Under the pieces are notes generated by a model. It ran no database searches and was not told where the DNA came from. It saw only the letters and a list, made by a program, of their open reading frames with translations. 64,000 nucleotides of DNA from the human T2T-CHM13v2.0 reference genome, Homo sapiens, in the NCBI RefSeq assembly GCF_009914755.1, contig NC_060936.1; one strand, written 5' to 3'. Of this stretch, positions 44,924 through 58,955 are shown in pieces (within the stretch, counting starts at the first letter, position 1; every line of letters starts with the position of its first letter). A program made the translations under genes and the position numbers.

Positions 44924-45534
44924 TGACAGAGCAGGAGCATCACCATCTTGGATAAGCACTGTCATTTTAAAGTTCACCTTGATCAAAAACTGCCTAAATC
45001 CAAAGGACATCAGCCTAATGGCTAAGGTCAGCCTGATCACAAACCACAAATAACATCTCTGACCAAAAACATTCCAAACCCCTTCCCGGCAAGAGACATG
45101 CCAGCCCTCATATAACCTCCCCTCTGGCCAGAGAGATGTTAGCCCCAAGATAACCTCCCCTCTGACCAGAGACATTCCAACCCTGCCATAAACTTCTCCC
45201 CTACACAGAAACATTCCAAGCCTGTGATAAAGCTCTCTCACCCTAAAACTAATAAATACTCTTAGTCCCTAAGAGAGAATGCTCCTGACCAAAATTGGCC
45301 AGAAGCCCCTCTCAGGTTTAGTCTCCAAAATAAACCTTTGACTGTTGAGCTACTTTTCGTGTTTCTTTCCTCTTTCTTTAACTCTTATATTTGGTGCCAA
45401 ATCTGTAAGAGAGAATGTTCCTGACCAAAATCAGCCAGAAGCCCCTCTCCAAAATATTTATTCTCCAAAATAAACCCTGTCTTTGACAGTTGAGCCACTT
45501 GTCATGTTTCTTTCCTCTTTCTTTAACTCTTACA
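44924..45534 (+). mobile_element. MER61-like element: full LTR (44924-45389), PBS stub, partial second LTR (45402-45534)
   Basis: tgacagagcaggagcatcaccatcttgg start; tggtgccaaa at 45392-45401; repeat of the LTR 3' part; exact TSD gacag (44919-44923 / 45535-45539). Confidence 0.85.
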
Positions 45535-45917
45535 GACAGCTTGTGCCCAGATGCCAAAACAAGACTCTGTATCATAATGAAACTCTTAGCCCTCTTAATT
45601 TTTTTCTTATTTATGCCTACCATTTTTTGCTCAGCAGGATAGACTTGTAGTAATTTTATAATCAGTAGCTTCTTCAAGTAACTTACAAAATTAAATCAGA
45701 TTGGTCATGTCAAACCCAGATCTTTACAAAACCTAAGGGATCCTTTAGTCCACCCAGTGGGTAACTTTGGCAATATCCCTAATGCAATTGCTGTTCAAAT
45801 TGTACTAGTGTTCCCTTTTATAGGGTAAAACTTCTAGACTCACATGTTTTTACTCCCTGCCTTGCTGACACTTCTTATTGCACATGTATAAATATAGAAA
45901 GTATTGTAGAGACTCCA

Positions 45918-46197
45918 TTGCAAAAAGTTAGCAAATTGGCTACTTGGTTAAAATGGGTAGATTCCTTTTCTGGCTCATTCTTTGTTCTATTCAATTTTAG
46001 TTGGTTTGGTTCATTAAGACCCTGGCTAAGGTGCATACTCCAAACTCTTGGCATTCCTAATATCCTTGGCATTATCGCCAAAATTCAGAAACTATTTGTG
46101 AGGATAATAGCAGTCTCCCTGGTATACTGCATTCCCTCAAAAGTTTTAAATGTTTGCATGCAGCCATCTCTCAAACTTCAAATGGTCTCTATTCAGC
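45918..46197 (+). pseudogene. Retroviral env transmembrane/cytoplasmic-tail remnant
   Basis: LATWLKWVDSFSGSFFVLFNFSWFGSLRPWLRCILQTLGI...IIAVSLVYCIPSKVLN, just upstream of the PPT and 3' LTR. Confidence 0.55.
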
Positions 46198-46199
46198 TA

Positions 46200-46280
46200 T
46201 TCAGTCGGTGTATAACACTAATCACGGTTTTTGCCATTAAAAGCAATGGCAAAAACCACAATTATTTTGCACCAACCTAA
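46200..46280. mobile_element. MADE1 (Hsmar1-derived MITE)
   Basis: About 80-bp palindrome ...ggtttttgccattaaaagcaatggcaaaaacc...ttttgcaccaacctaa, flanked by TA (46198-46199 / 46281-46282). Confidence 0.9.
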
Positions 46281-46417
46281 TAGAATGGCAAAAACTCAAA
46301 GAAATGCATGATTATGAGGACACTATAAGCTATGAATGGCATGTTGACTTCAGAAACCCAGAATGGTGGTAACTTAGGGCTAATGCCCCTGGGGGAGCAT
46401 GACCAAAAGGGGGAAAT

Positions 46418-46861
46418 TGTTAAAGAAAATGTATAGGAAGCCATTGGCTAGCACTGAGCTCCTGAACTAGGCCCAACAGACCCAATTAAAATGGAGTCAG
46501 TCATGCTAAGGTGCCACATCACCAAGCCGAAAGTAAGTTGTTTATCTGACCTTCCAAGAAACCAGGAGAGTGAGAGATAATGGCCAAATCCCCAAACAAG
46601 CCAGTTTTAGCTGGCAGGATTAGGAAGTCCCCTCTGCTTTAACCTTTAGAAGGAAAGTAACTTTAAAACAACCAGTCTGCTTTTTGTCATCTATTTCTGC
46701 TTTCCTCAACTCTTTTCTGTCTATAAACCCATCTCCTCTTGCTTAGCTCATGGGAACACTGATTCTACTTTATAAAATGTAGTATTACCTCATCCTAGCA
46801 TTGCAAACAAAAGTCAAATACAATTTTTAAACTGAATTTGTTATAATTTTGTCTTTTGACA
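46418..46861 (+). repeat. 3' LTR (LTR47A-like)
   Basis: Follows the PPT; homologous to the 5' LTR. Confidence 0.85.
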
Positions 46862-47369
46862 CCAGGAAGGACCCGCTCCAGTTCTGCCTACTACTTGATC
46901 ATTCTCCTCTTTGGATTAAAGCTGTGTGAAACACAAGAATGATGTTGAACACATGACATCAAGTGGAGGGCAAGCCATGCTAATTTTTGTGGACTGGCCC
47001 ATTGAAGTGGTATTGAGCTAGAATTATAGCCTGTGGCCAGAGGAGACCTGGAGCTCCTTTGCCTTGTTATTCTTCTTTTCCTGGGGGATTAGCAACCCAA
47101 GCAGACAGTTTCTTTCCTTCCAGGAAAACCCCAAACCTCTTGGTGAAGTGACAAGAAATATTCACCCCAGCGCACATCTTCCTAAGAAGGCCCAAGGCAG
47201 AATGCTAGCTCTCTCAGTAGTTCCCAGGCAATTCAATCTGCCACAAAGTACAATGTAGAGCACTGTGCTACAGGGAAAAACAAGCAAACAGAAAAGGAAA
47301 AAAGTCCATTCTGCATACTGATTTTGTCTAATGTGGCATTTGCACACTTGGGCGGCTACAGTACTTCCG

Positions 47370-47850
47370 TGCTGCTGCCAGATTAATTCTTCCCAAACAC
47401 TGCTCAGATGGTATCACTCCTTTGGCCCCAAACCTTCACTAGGGTTATCGCCTAAAAAAGGTAGCCTGGGAGTTAAAAGTTTGCCATGGTTTGGCTCAAA
47501 CTTATATTTCCATGTGTCAGTCCTATTATTTCAAATTCCAACCAACAATCTTCTATAATTTTTTTCGTACTTTTCCATGCCTTTACACGTGTAGAGATTT
47601 TTTTTTTTTCACTTGTAAGTCAAAAGCCTAGCTAGGCATCAAATTCCAACAGCTGACTTTCCCCCTATGCAAACATACTCTGACCTTGCCAGCTGACAGA
47701 AGTATTTCCCTCCCCTGAACTCTGCTAACACTGCTTTGTCACAGCATTGCATTTTCTTTCTTGTCTGGTCCATGTTTGTTCAATCTGCTGGACCTATACC
47801 AGTGCCTACTGTATTATGGGTACTCAATAAATGTTCATTGAATGAATATT
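47370..47850 (+). mobile_element. L2 fragment
   Basis: ctgccagattaattcttcccaaacactgctcagatggtatcactcc ... tactcaataaatgttcattgaatgaat. Confidence 0.6.
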
Positions 47851-48049
47851 AATTTTTACTTATTGTGGTCTTTGCATTGATGGTTTCTTTGTAAGCCAAA
47901 TATAACATTTATACTAACTTATCATTTTTGAGGGTCAAAGACAATTTCCAGGTTTCAAGAAATGAGGGCTCTGGGGTCTCTTCAACACTTGCAGGCCTAG
48001 AGCTGGACTTGTATACCTTGAGACTTCCCTGCTATAGGCAGATGTCATT

Positions 48050-48290
48050 GAATAATATTAGTGTGCTCTATTTACAGAGTGCCTACGCTTGTGCTAAATC
48101 ACTTCACATTCATATCCCTAGTTCTCCTAGTGACATACTGATGATGCCTATCTCATTTTTAGAGGAAACAAACAATGTTCAAAGATGAAGGTCCTTTCCC
48201 AGAGTTGAATGTAAAGTGAGTACCAGCGTCAGGATTCACACCTAGGTCAGTCTGGCTCCAAATCTAGCTTTTTTCCTACCATCCCACATT
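48050..48290 (-). mobile_element. MIR
   Basis: tatttacagagtgcctac...cattttttagaggaaac...caggattcacacctaggtcagtctggctccaaa. Confidence 0.7.
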
Positions 48291-48924
48291 CCTTCTTTGA
48301 ATTGCTTCACAGTTTCTATGGAAGTTTCTGCTATTTCTCTGTCTTTGTCTCTGAGGTTCATTTCCACTCCTGCAGCTTCACAAAAGCCCAATTACACCTG
48401 CCAGTGACCTGCTTTGTCTAACAGGATTTTTGATGGCTATAGCGTCATTTCAGCATCCGCACGGCCTGCTTCTCTCTACCCAGAGCACAGCTCCCAGGAG
48501 GTGCTGGAAGCCTGGCAGCGGGTCATTTCAGCAGCTTGTTTTTACCACTTTTCAGCACAAACTGCTTTATTTCAAACATTGCTCATCACTCACCTGCCTG
48601 CATTCCCCCTTCATCTTCCCTTAAGTCTGTCTCATAGGCCTGTAAGTAGAAATTGTGGCAACTCCCGAAGTCTAGCAGCACTGGGGAAGAGTAGAAACCT
48701 TACTGTCAGACTTGCTAATTGAAAATTTGGGGAGAAGTCCACTCAGACGTGTCTAAAGCAGATTACCTTTGAAGTACTTACAAAGAAAGGTTTTCTGAGC
48801 CTTGAGGTCCATAATGGGGATGTGTATATGGAGAGCGGGAAAGGAGCTCTTTATACTCAGAGAGCTGAACTATTTGCAAGTGCCAAGGCCTTCCCTTGAG
48901 TATGGTTAATGAATCAAATAGAAA

Positions 48925-49495
48925 TATTATTTCACCAGTTCTAACATGCCCATTTATTTTTCATCTTAACATTCTGTAATGGGAATGTGGCTTACATAGA
49001 CAGTGGTAGAACCATTATTTGCCAAATAGCAGTCATCATAGTTGTTTCTGCCTTCACCTGAGTATCAAATACACCAGCAATAACATTTGCAGAATAAGCA
49101 GGAGCAGGGGTAGGCTAGCTCTATGTAATTACAAAGCTCACCTAATTTAGTTTTTCATAGGATTTTAGGGAATGCTTCACATCAAAGCTGTTGGTGGCAC
49201 AGAGGACAATACTGTGTGGAAAAACTTGGGCCTCAATGACCGAGCGAAAATTGAGTCTACTCAGAAGATTCAGATTTGGACCCAGAAGAAGTTTTAGAAA
49301 AATTTGAACCAATTTACATTACTTATTTTTTTATGTGTGCCCAAGAATGGCATAAGATTCAAAAAAAAAAATCTGTCTAAATAATATGTTAGCACTCTTT
49401 CACTATATATGATATAAAAATTCTAGCTTATGTAATAGTTAAATTGATGTTTTCCTCTGATGTAGTTTAAAAAAAGTTTAAGCGTACATGGGAAA
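48925..49495 (+). mobile_element. TcMar-Tc2 DNA transposon remnant (Kanga/MER104-like)
   Basis: tatttcaccagttctaacatgcccatttatttttcatcttaacattctg terminus-like motif; ggtggcacagaggacaatactgtgtggaaaaac. Confidence 0.5.
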
Positions 49496-49560
49496 TAACT
49501 TATACTTTTACATCAGATTGGCTTGGGTTTAAATTTAGGTTTCATTTCTTATTAGCCTTG

Positions 49561-51560
49561 TGATATGGTTTGGCTGTGTCCCCACCCAAATCTCATTTGA
49601 ATTGTAGCTCCCATAATCCCCATGTGTCATGGGAGGGACCCAGTAGGAGGTAATTGAATCATGGGGGCAGTTTTTCCCGTGCTGTTCTCATGGTAGTTAA
49701 TAAATCTCACGAGATCTGATGGTTTTATAAGGGGCAGTTCCCCTGCACATGCTTTCTTGCCTGCCATCACGTAAGACATGCCTTTGCTTCTCCTTTGCCT
49801 TCTGCCATGATTGTGAGGCCTCCTGTGGCGTGTGGAACTGTGAGTCCATGAAACCTCTTTTGCTTTATAAATTACCCAGTCTCATAGCAGTATGAAAATG
49901 GGCTAATAAGAGTAAACTGGTACCAGTAGAGTGGGGTACTGCTATTAAGACACCTAAAAATGTGGAAGACACTTTGGAGCTGGGTAACAGGCAGAGGTTG
50001 GAACACTTTGGAGGGCTCAGAAAAGACAGGAAGATGTGGTAAAGTTTAGAGCTTCCTAGAGACTTGTTGAATGGTTTTGACCAAAAAGTCCAGGCTGAGG
50101 TGGTCTCAGATGGAGATGAAGAACTTATTAGGAACTGGAGCAAAGGTGAGCCTTGCTATGCTTTAGCAAAGAGACTAGTGGCATTTTGCCCCTGTCCTAG
50201 AGATCTACGGAACTTTGAATTTGAGAGAAAGGATTAGGGTACCTGGTGGAAGAAATTTCTAAGCAGCAAAGCATTCAAGAGGTGACTTTGGAGCTCTTAA
50301 AAGCATTCAGTTTTATTCATTCACAAAGATATGGTTTGGAATTGGAACTTACGTTTAAAAGGGAAGCAGGCTATTGCTTCAGAGGGTGCAATCCCCAAGC
50401 CTTTGTGGCTTACATGTGGTGTTGGGCCTGCAGGTGCACAGAAGTCAAGAATTGAGTTTTGGGAACCTCCTTCTAAATTTCAGAGGATTTACGGAAATAC
50501 TTGGATGTCCAGGCAGAGGTGTGCTGCCGGGGCAAAGCCCTCATGGGGAACTTCTGCTAGGGCAGTCTGGAAGGGAAATGTGGGGTCAGATCCCCCACAC
50601 AGAGTCCCTACTGGGGCACTGACAAGTGGAGCTGTGAGAAGAGGGCCACCCTCCTCCAGACCTCAGAGAGGTAGAGCCACTGACAGCTTGTACCGTGTGT
50701 CTGGAAAACCCACAGACATTCAACACCAGCCTGTGAAAGCAGCTGGGAGCGGCACTGTATCCTGCAAAGTCATAGGGCTGGAGCTGCCCAAGGCCATGGG
50801 AGCCCACCTCTTGTATCAGTGTGCCCTAGATATGAGACATGCAGTCAAAGGAGATCATTTTTGAACTTTAAGGTTTAATGACCGCCCTATTGGATTTTGG
50901 ACTTGCATGGGGCCTGTAGCCCCCTTGTTTTGGCCAATTTCTCCAATTTGGAACAGGTGTATTTACCCAATGCCTGTACCCTCATTATACCTAGGAAGTA
51001 ACTAACTTGCTTTGATTTTATGGGCTCATGGGCAGAAGAGACTTGGCTTGTCTCAGATGAGACTTTGGACTGTGGACTTTTGAGTTAATGCTAAAATGAG
51101 TTAAGACTTTGGGGAACTGTTGGGAAGGCAAAATGGTTATGAAATGTGAGGACAAGAGATTTGGAAGGGGCCAGGGGTGGAATGAAATGGTTTGGCTGTG
51201 TCCTCATCTTGAATTGTAGCTCCCATAATCCCCATGTGTCAAGGGAGGGCCCTGGAGGGAGGTAATTGAATCATGAGGGCAGGATTTTCCCATGCTGTTC
51301 TCATGATAGTGAATAAGTCTCACGAGATCTGATGGTTTTATAAAGGGCAGTTTCCCTGCACATGCTCTCTTGCCTGCCACCATGTAAGATGTGCCTTTGC
51401 ACTTCGTTTGCCTTCTGTCATGATTGTGAGGCCTCCCCAGCTATGTGGAACTGTGAGTCCATTAAACCTCTTTTTCTTTATAAATTACCCACATAATTCT
51501 TCATAGCAGTATGAAATACTCAGGTATTTCTTCATAGCAGTATGAAAATGGAGTCATACA
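49561..51560 (+). mobile_element. Complete THE1 (THE1B/C-like) MaLR element: LTR 49561-49909, internal region, LTR 51183-51560
   Basis: Two homologous LTRs; internal start gtaaactggtaccagtagagtgggg; PPT-like ggggccaggggtggaa; TSD ccttg/ccctg; inserted in a MIR. Confidence 0.95.
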
Positions 51561-51979
51561 CCCTGGGACCCTGGGCATATTACAAGGTCTTAATGAGAGA
51601 ATAACATTTGTAGCATGTGGCTAATAATTGCTATCCTGCAAGCTTTATTAAATCATTTCTTTTATTTGTTAAAACGTTATAAACATTTAGTTTTACTTTA
51701 GTTTTTACTAGAAAGTTGTAAATACACATTTCTTTTTTTAAAAAAATCTATAATTTTCTTTTCTAGTTGATTTTGAAGCTTCAGTATATAAAGTAGCATG
51801 TATTTTACACATGAGCTTTGCTGTCACTTAACTGAGTAGGAAAAAACCAACAGTACAGGAAGTTTGATGGAGTCCAAAATCTTAGTAGAGATCTGTGGGT
51901 TTCCCCTTAAATATTGGTGAAAATATAGGATCTGACAAGGCCCTGTCTTGTCTCTTTTAAGAAGGCATAGTTTGATACA

Positions 51980-52432
51980 ACATCATGCCTTCCAGGATTT
52001 CATAACTGAATTTTCATACTAGAATTTTTGATAGGCATATGGCTGTCCAGCCAAAGACTACATCTCTTAGCTTCCTTTGCAGCTTGGCGTGGCCGTGTGA
52101 CTAAGTTCTGATCAATGGTATGTGAGGAGGAATGAGCTACGCAACTTTGGGTCATGCCCTGAAAATGAAGATGCAGTCCTCATCCCCTGTCTATTGTCTG
52201 AAATATGGATGGATGGACATAGCTGAAGACATTTTATTGGGTCAAAGATGGAAGCTGTGTGTTAAAGGTGGCAGAAGAGCAGGACAAAAATAACATGGGC
52301 CCTGATGATTTTGGAGCCAACATATCACCTTGGACCAATGACTCAGACTTCAATGTGAGAGATAAGCAAATTTTTATCTTGTTTAAGCCACTATTATTTT
52401 GGGCCTCTCTGTTACAGCACTAAAAAATGTAC
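51980..52432 (+). mobile_element. MLT1I/J-like solo LTR
   Basis: gtggccgtgtgactaagttctgatcaatgg; tcttgtttaagccactattattttggg. Confidence 0.7.
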
Positions 52433-52984
52433 GTTAACCTCTCCATTTTCATGTTTCTGTCCCTTTCATTCACTCCTCCCCCTGAACAACACGACTTAAA
52501 GTCACTCATGTGTGCCAATCTCATAAAAAGGCTTCTTCTGAGTTCCTATTCTGAGAACCTGCTAAATTTCCTTGAAATCTAGTTGCCTTGAAGTTGCTAG
52601 TCCTCCTCCCTGGTGAATGGTGTCTTGCCCTAAAGCTAAGCCCCAATACCCATGGAAATGTTTTCTCAAAATCTGGTTCCTGTTCATTCTGACTGCCTGG
52701 ATGTTCCATTATGTTTCCTACCTCCTCTTAAGATCCTCAGCTTCCTTAAGTTGGACCCAATACTAATTATAACCTTATATTGGCTTTTCCTTTCCTTGCC
52801 TATGTGATCTTTTTTGTTCATCACATTCCACCAGCAAAGTCCAGAGGCAGCATTTTGAATAGACCTGGTCCCTTTTCTCAATCTCTTTCAGTTTTTTTTT
52901 GGCCCCAGAAAATATAACTGATCCCTTGTCTCCATCTCTTTGGCCTTTGAGCTGAAATAACTAGAAGAAGCTTGCCAAAGCATA

Positions 52985-53200
52985 CTAATATATGTAAGTT
53001 GTTGAGTGACTACTGTGTAAGTGTCCCATTTTAGGGATTACCTCCAATCCTTATAACAAATCTAAAAAGAGGTTGTATTATTCCCCTTATACAGATGAAG
53101 AAACTGAGGCTCAGAGTGAATAAGTGTCTTGTCCAAGATGCCTCATCTAGTAAGTAATGAATCTTCAATTAAAACCCAATCTATAATCTTTTCACTATAT
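52985..53200 (-). mobile_element. MIR
   Basis: Core ttatacagatgaagaaactgaggctcagag. Confidence 0.8.
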
Positions 53201-53849
53201 AGGCTATCTTCTAAGCCCAATGTTAAGACAAGGGCACAGAGATTAGGGCTCATGAAAAAGAAGACATTCTCTTTGTGAGAATGTCCTACCATGGGTACAC
53301 AGATTCCAAGGATGTGAGGGGACTATCTAGCACCATACTCTAGAGGCCATATTAACACCAGGATGCTAATATGAAAGTTTCAAAGCTTCTTGGATGAAAA
53401 GATGCTCTCCTTCTAACTTCTGCTTTTTGAATTTAAAAAAAGTCATTTTTCTCACCTTTTCTCTCCTAGGATTCTTCTGTTTCCCTGACCTTGATTGACA
53501 TTTCTCCCTAAGTCCTCTGAATTATTATGGAATTAAATGGCTTATTTTAATTTCCCTAGGTGTCTTTATTGAATTCTTTCACAGTGTTTTATGGAAAATA
53601 TCTGATTACGAATTCATAGAACAGAACATTATGAGATTCTTTGCTAAGTGGCTGCCACAGTAGTATTCAGGTCCTGAAGCCTCTGCAATCTCTGTTTCTG
53701 TATACAGGCTCAGAAACAAGGAGGCAAGCTAAGTTCCAGCATCTTGCAGTTGACTCTTTTATATCACCTCCTGAACAATTCCTAAACAGAAAATACTGTC
53801 CCCAACCCCCTGGAAAGATTCATGAAATATTAGAAAGCAAATCATTTTA

Positions 53850-54070
53850 ACACAGAAGTTAAGATCTTGGGTTCTGGAATCAAACTGGGTTTGAATCTCA
53901 CTGCTTCTGTTTAAATGACCTTGGGTAAGTTTCTTAATCTCACTTTCCCTCCATTTCATGGTCTGTAAAGTGGGAGTAACACCTACCTCACAGAGTATTC
54001 ATGAGGATTACATGAACTAATAGTGCCAAGCTCATAATAAGTGCCAACCTAAAAGTTAACTAACTATATC
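53850..54070 (+). mobile_element. MIR
   Basis: ctgggtttgaatctcactg...tgaccttgggtaagtttcttaatctc...atgaggattacatga. Confidence 0.8.
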
Positions 54071-54379
54071 TTTTATAATTAAGAAGTAGGAGAGTCTTGT
54101 TAAACCTAGTACAAAATACCATAGCATGTGAAAGATTCTATGAGTACCTGCACCTCCTAACCATTTTCTGACCTATATACGTATTATACATAAACATGAA
54201 ATCATATGAAACCATGCTATTTAGCAGAATTCCTCTAATTCAGCTTGATTGACACAAATAATCCACAATGTGGAGGTGTCCTGAGAGATCAGATGATTCC
54301 TTCAGAGAAGAGGGTGAATTCTCATTAGAGATCTGGTAGTTCCAGTCTAGATGAGTCACCAATGAATAGATTTGCTATG

Positions 54380-54672
54380 GGTTAATGTTCCGCCCAGCTT
54401 GACTAAATTTTAGGCAGGTTTCTTCCTGACTATTGGCTCCTAACCTCCCTTTTCTTAGAGCATTTACTTTACAAAACTTGCAATTATAAATTAGGTCTCT
54501 GGCCCTTTGACATGTAAATCTTCTCCCAGTCTCTCACTGATTTTACATCCTAAAAATGCCCTTTCCAAGGACCTAGAAACCATCCTTTTGAAATATGATT
54601 ATCAAAAAAGATAATGTCCTTATCTTCTCATCTCTGTGGAAGGATAGGAGGCTGATTTGATAAGCACCGACA
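54380..54672 (+). mobile_element. ERV1 LTR fragment (MER67/MER31 group)
   Basis: cttgactaaattttaggcaggtttcttcctgactattgg...cttagagcatttactttacaaaacttgc. Confidence 0.6.
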
Positions 54673-55236
54673 AAGAAACAAGATTTTCCTTCAAAGTAAG
54701 GAAGTATGAAGAAGTGGCCTTGTAGGGAGTGACAGACATGGCTCAGATTCAAGCAGATCATTTAGTCATTATAGAGAAGTTAAATATTCCTCTCTTACAG
54801 GTTAGCTGGGCTTTAAAATCACAAGAAAAAAGTCAAAGGTTACAGGCTTTTGTGAAAAAGTACACAAAAAGATGCCTTTCACAATGACAGTCAACTCAAC
54901 TCTCCAAGCAATGCCTAGTTTCTAGAAACTTCCAGATGAAGACCAGCCATTTCAGTCTCTGAAGTCCCAGGGGTGTGCTGGGATCTTCCACCCACTCAGA
55001 AAGCCTCTTTCTAAGAATTCAGTCTTTGAGCATAGCTGTTAGCTAGAAAGAAAATTCCAGTTGATGTATGAATCTATAGAACCAGTCATTCTCATGCCCT
55101 CTAGGGATAAACTAGGCATCTCCAAACCCTGAAGGAACAGAGTGGTGGTGAGTGGTGTTCAAATATTTTAAAAGTATTGGAGTACCAACAAGGACATACT
55201 GGTTAGGAGAATATGAGCTCCCAAAATGGATATTAG

Positions 55237-55536
<300 letters not shown>

Positions 55537-55689
55537 TAGACACATTATAAAGGTAAATAATTATAACCATGTGATGTTGACACATGAGTAAATATGAATA
55601 AATTCAGATACCTAAAGGGAATGCAGTAGAAATTAAGTAAAAAACAAAATATAATTTGGCATCAAGCATACAATAAAAGTAGCATTTCT

Positions 55690-55985
55690 TTTTTTTTTTT
55701 TTTTTTTTGAGATGGAGTCTTGCTCTGTTGCCCAGGCTGGAGTCCAGTGGCGTCGGCTCACTGCAAACTCCGCCTCCCAGGTTCACACCATTCTCCTGCC
55801 TCAGCCTCCCAAGCAGCTGGGACTACAGGCACCCACCACCACCCCCGGCTAATTTTTTTGTATTTTTAGTAGAGACGGGGTTTCACCATGTTAGCCAGGA
55901 TGGTCTGGATCTCCTGACCTTGTGATCCGCCTGCCTTGGCCTCCCAAAGTGCTGGGATTACAGGTGTGAGCCACTGCGCCCGGCC
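55690..55985 (-). mobile_element. AluY
   Basis: gttagccaggatggtc; TSD taaaag(t/c)agcatttct. Confidence 0.95.
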
Positions 55986-55989
55986 TAAA

Positions 55990-57560
<1,571 letters not shown>

Positions 57561-57570
57561 AAACTCTCTT

Positions 57571-57947
<377 letters not shown>

Positions 57948-58472
57948 TCATTTTTATTGAGATATGAATTGTTGTTGATCTCATGCTTGATCTTCCCAAA
58001 CAGAACAGAGGCTCTATATCTTTCTCTGAGAAACTTTGGTGATATTTTTAGCACTGAAAGTGGGTAAGAACACTTCTAACACTGGAAATTCAAAGTCTGC
58101 AGCACTTACTCTTGGGACTTGGAAAAATTCTTTTTTAAATTAATAATTGTTCATCAATGGTTCCATTTTCTTTGCCTACAAGCATGTTTCTTCCTTCAAA
58201 GTGGACATGGGTGTGTGCATATACTCATCTGTACACACATACATACACATGTATATGTGTAAGGTATTGAAAGTAAAATGTTTTCTTTTAAAGTATGTTT
58301 GCATTTTTCCTAGAATTGGCCTCACAGTTTCCATCAGACACTCAAAGCAGTGGGTGACATAGGAAAGGTTAAATATTACTAAATAGTGGACATTACAATT
58401 CCTAGTTATTCTTTTCCCCTTTCCTACAGCTACCATTTAAATCTAGGTTGGCAACTTCCCTTGGGTCTAAAT

Positions 58473-58955
58473 CAGCAGTCCCCAGTCTTTTTGGCATCAG
58501 GGACCGGTGTTATGGAAGACAATTTTTCCATGGGCAGGGCCCAGGGTGGAGGATAGTTTTGGGATGATTCAAGCACATTACATTTTTTGTGCACTTTATT
58601 TCTATTATTATTACATTGTAACATATAATGAAATAATTATACAACTCACTACAACGTAGAATCAGTGGGAGCCCTGAACTTGTTTTCCTGCAACTAGATG
58701 GTCCCATCTGGGGGTAATGGGAGACAGTGACAGATCATCAGGCATTAGATTCTCATAAGGAGCACACAGTCTATGCAGTTCACAAAAAGGTTCGCACTCC
58801 TATGAGAATCTAATGCTGCTGCTGATGTGACAGGATGCAGATCTCCGGTGGTAATGCTCGCTCACCTGCTGCTCACTTCCTGCTATGCAGCCAGGTTTCT
58901 AACAGGCCATGGGCTGGTTGGTACTGGTCTGTGGTCTGGGGGTTGGAAATCTTTG
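58473..58955. mobile_element. MER1A (hAT-Charlie MITE)
   Basis: cagcagtccccagtctttttggcatcagggaccgg...ggggttggaaatctttg; 8-bp TSD gtctaaat/gtctagat. Confidence 0.9.

Larger units (their letters stand above)
40244..46861 (+). mobile_element. Complete two-LTR endogenous retrovirus (LTR47-like LTRs, non-coding MER4-group-like interior)
   Basis: Direct repeats 40244-40704 and 46418-46861, both tgttaaaga...cttttgaca. PBS 40709-40727, PPT aaaagggggaaa 46405-46416, TSD tcag/ccag. Confidence 0.9.

Noticed and set aside
45040-45230. Short repeats (gaccagagacat / ataacctcccct) as a CRISPR-like array
   Set aside because: These are degenerate internal U3 repeats of the MER61 LTR in a mammalian sequence, with no unique spacers or cas genes.
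50331-50864. 177-aa ORF as a host gene
   Set aside because: It lies entirely within the THE1 internal region.
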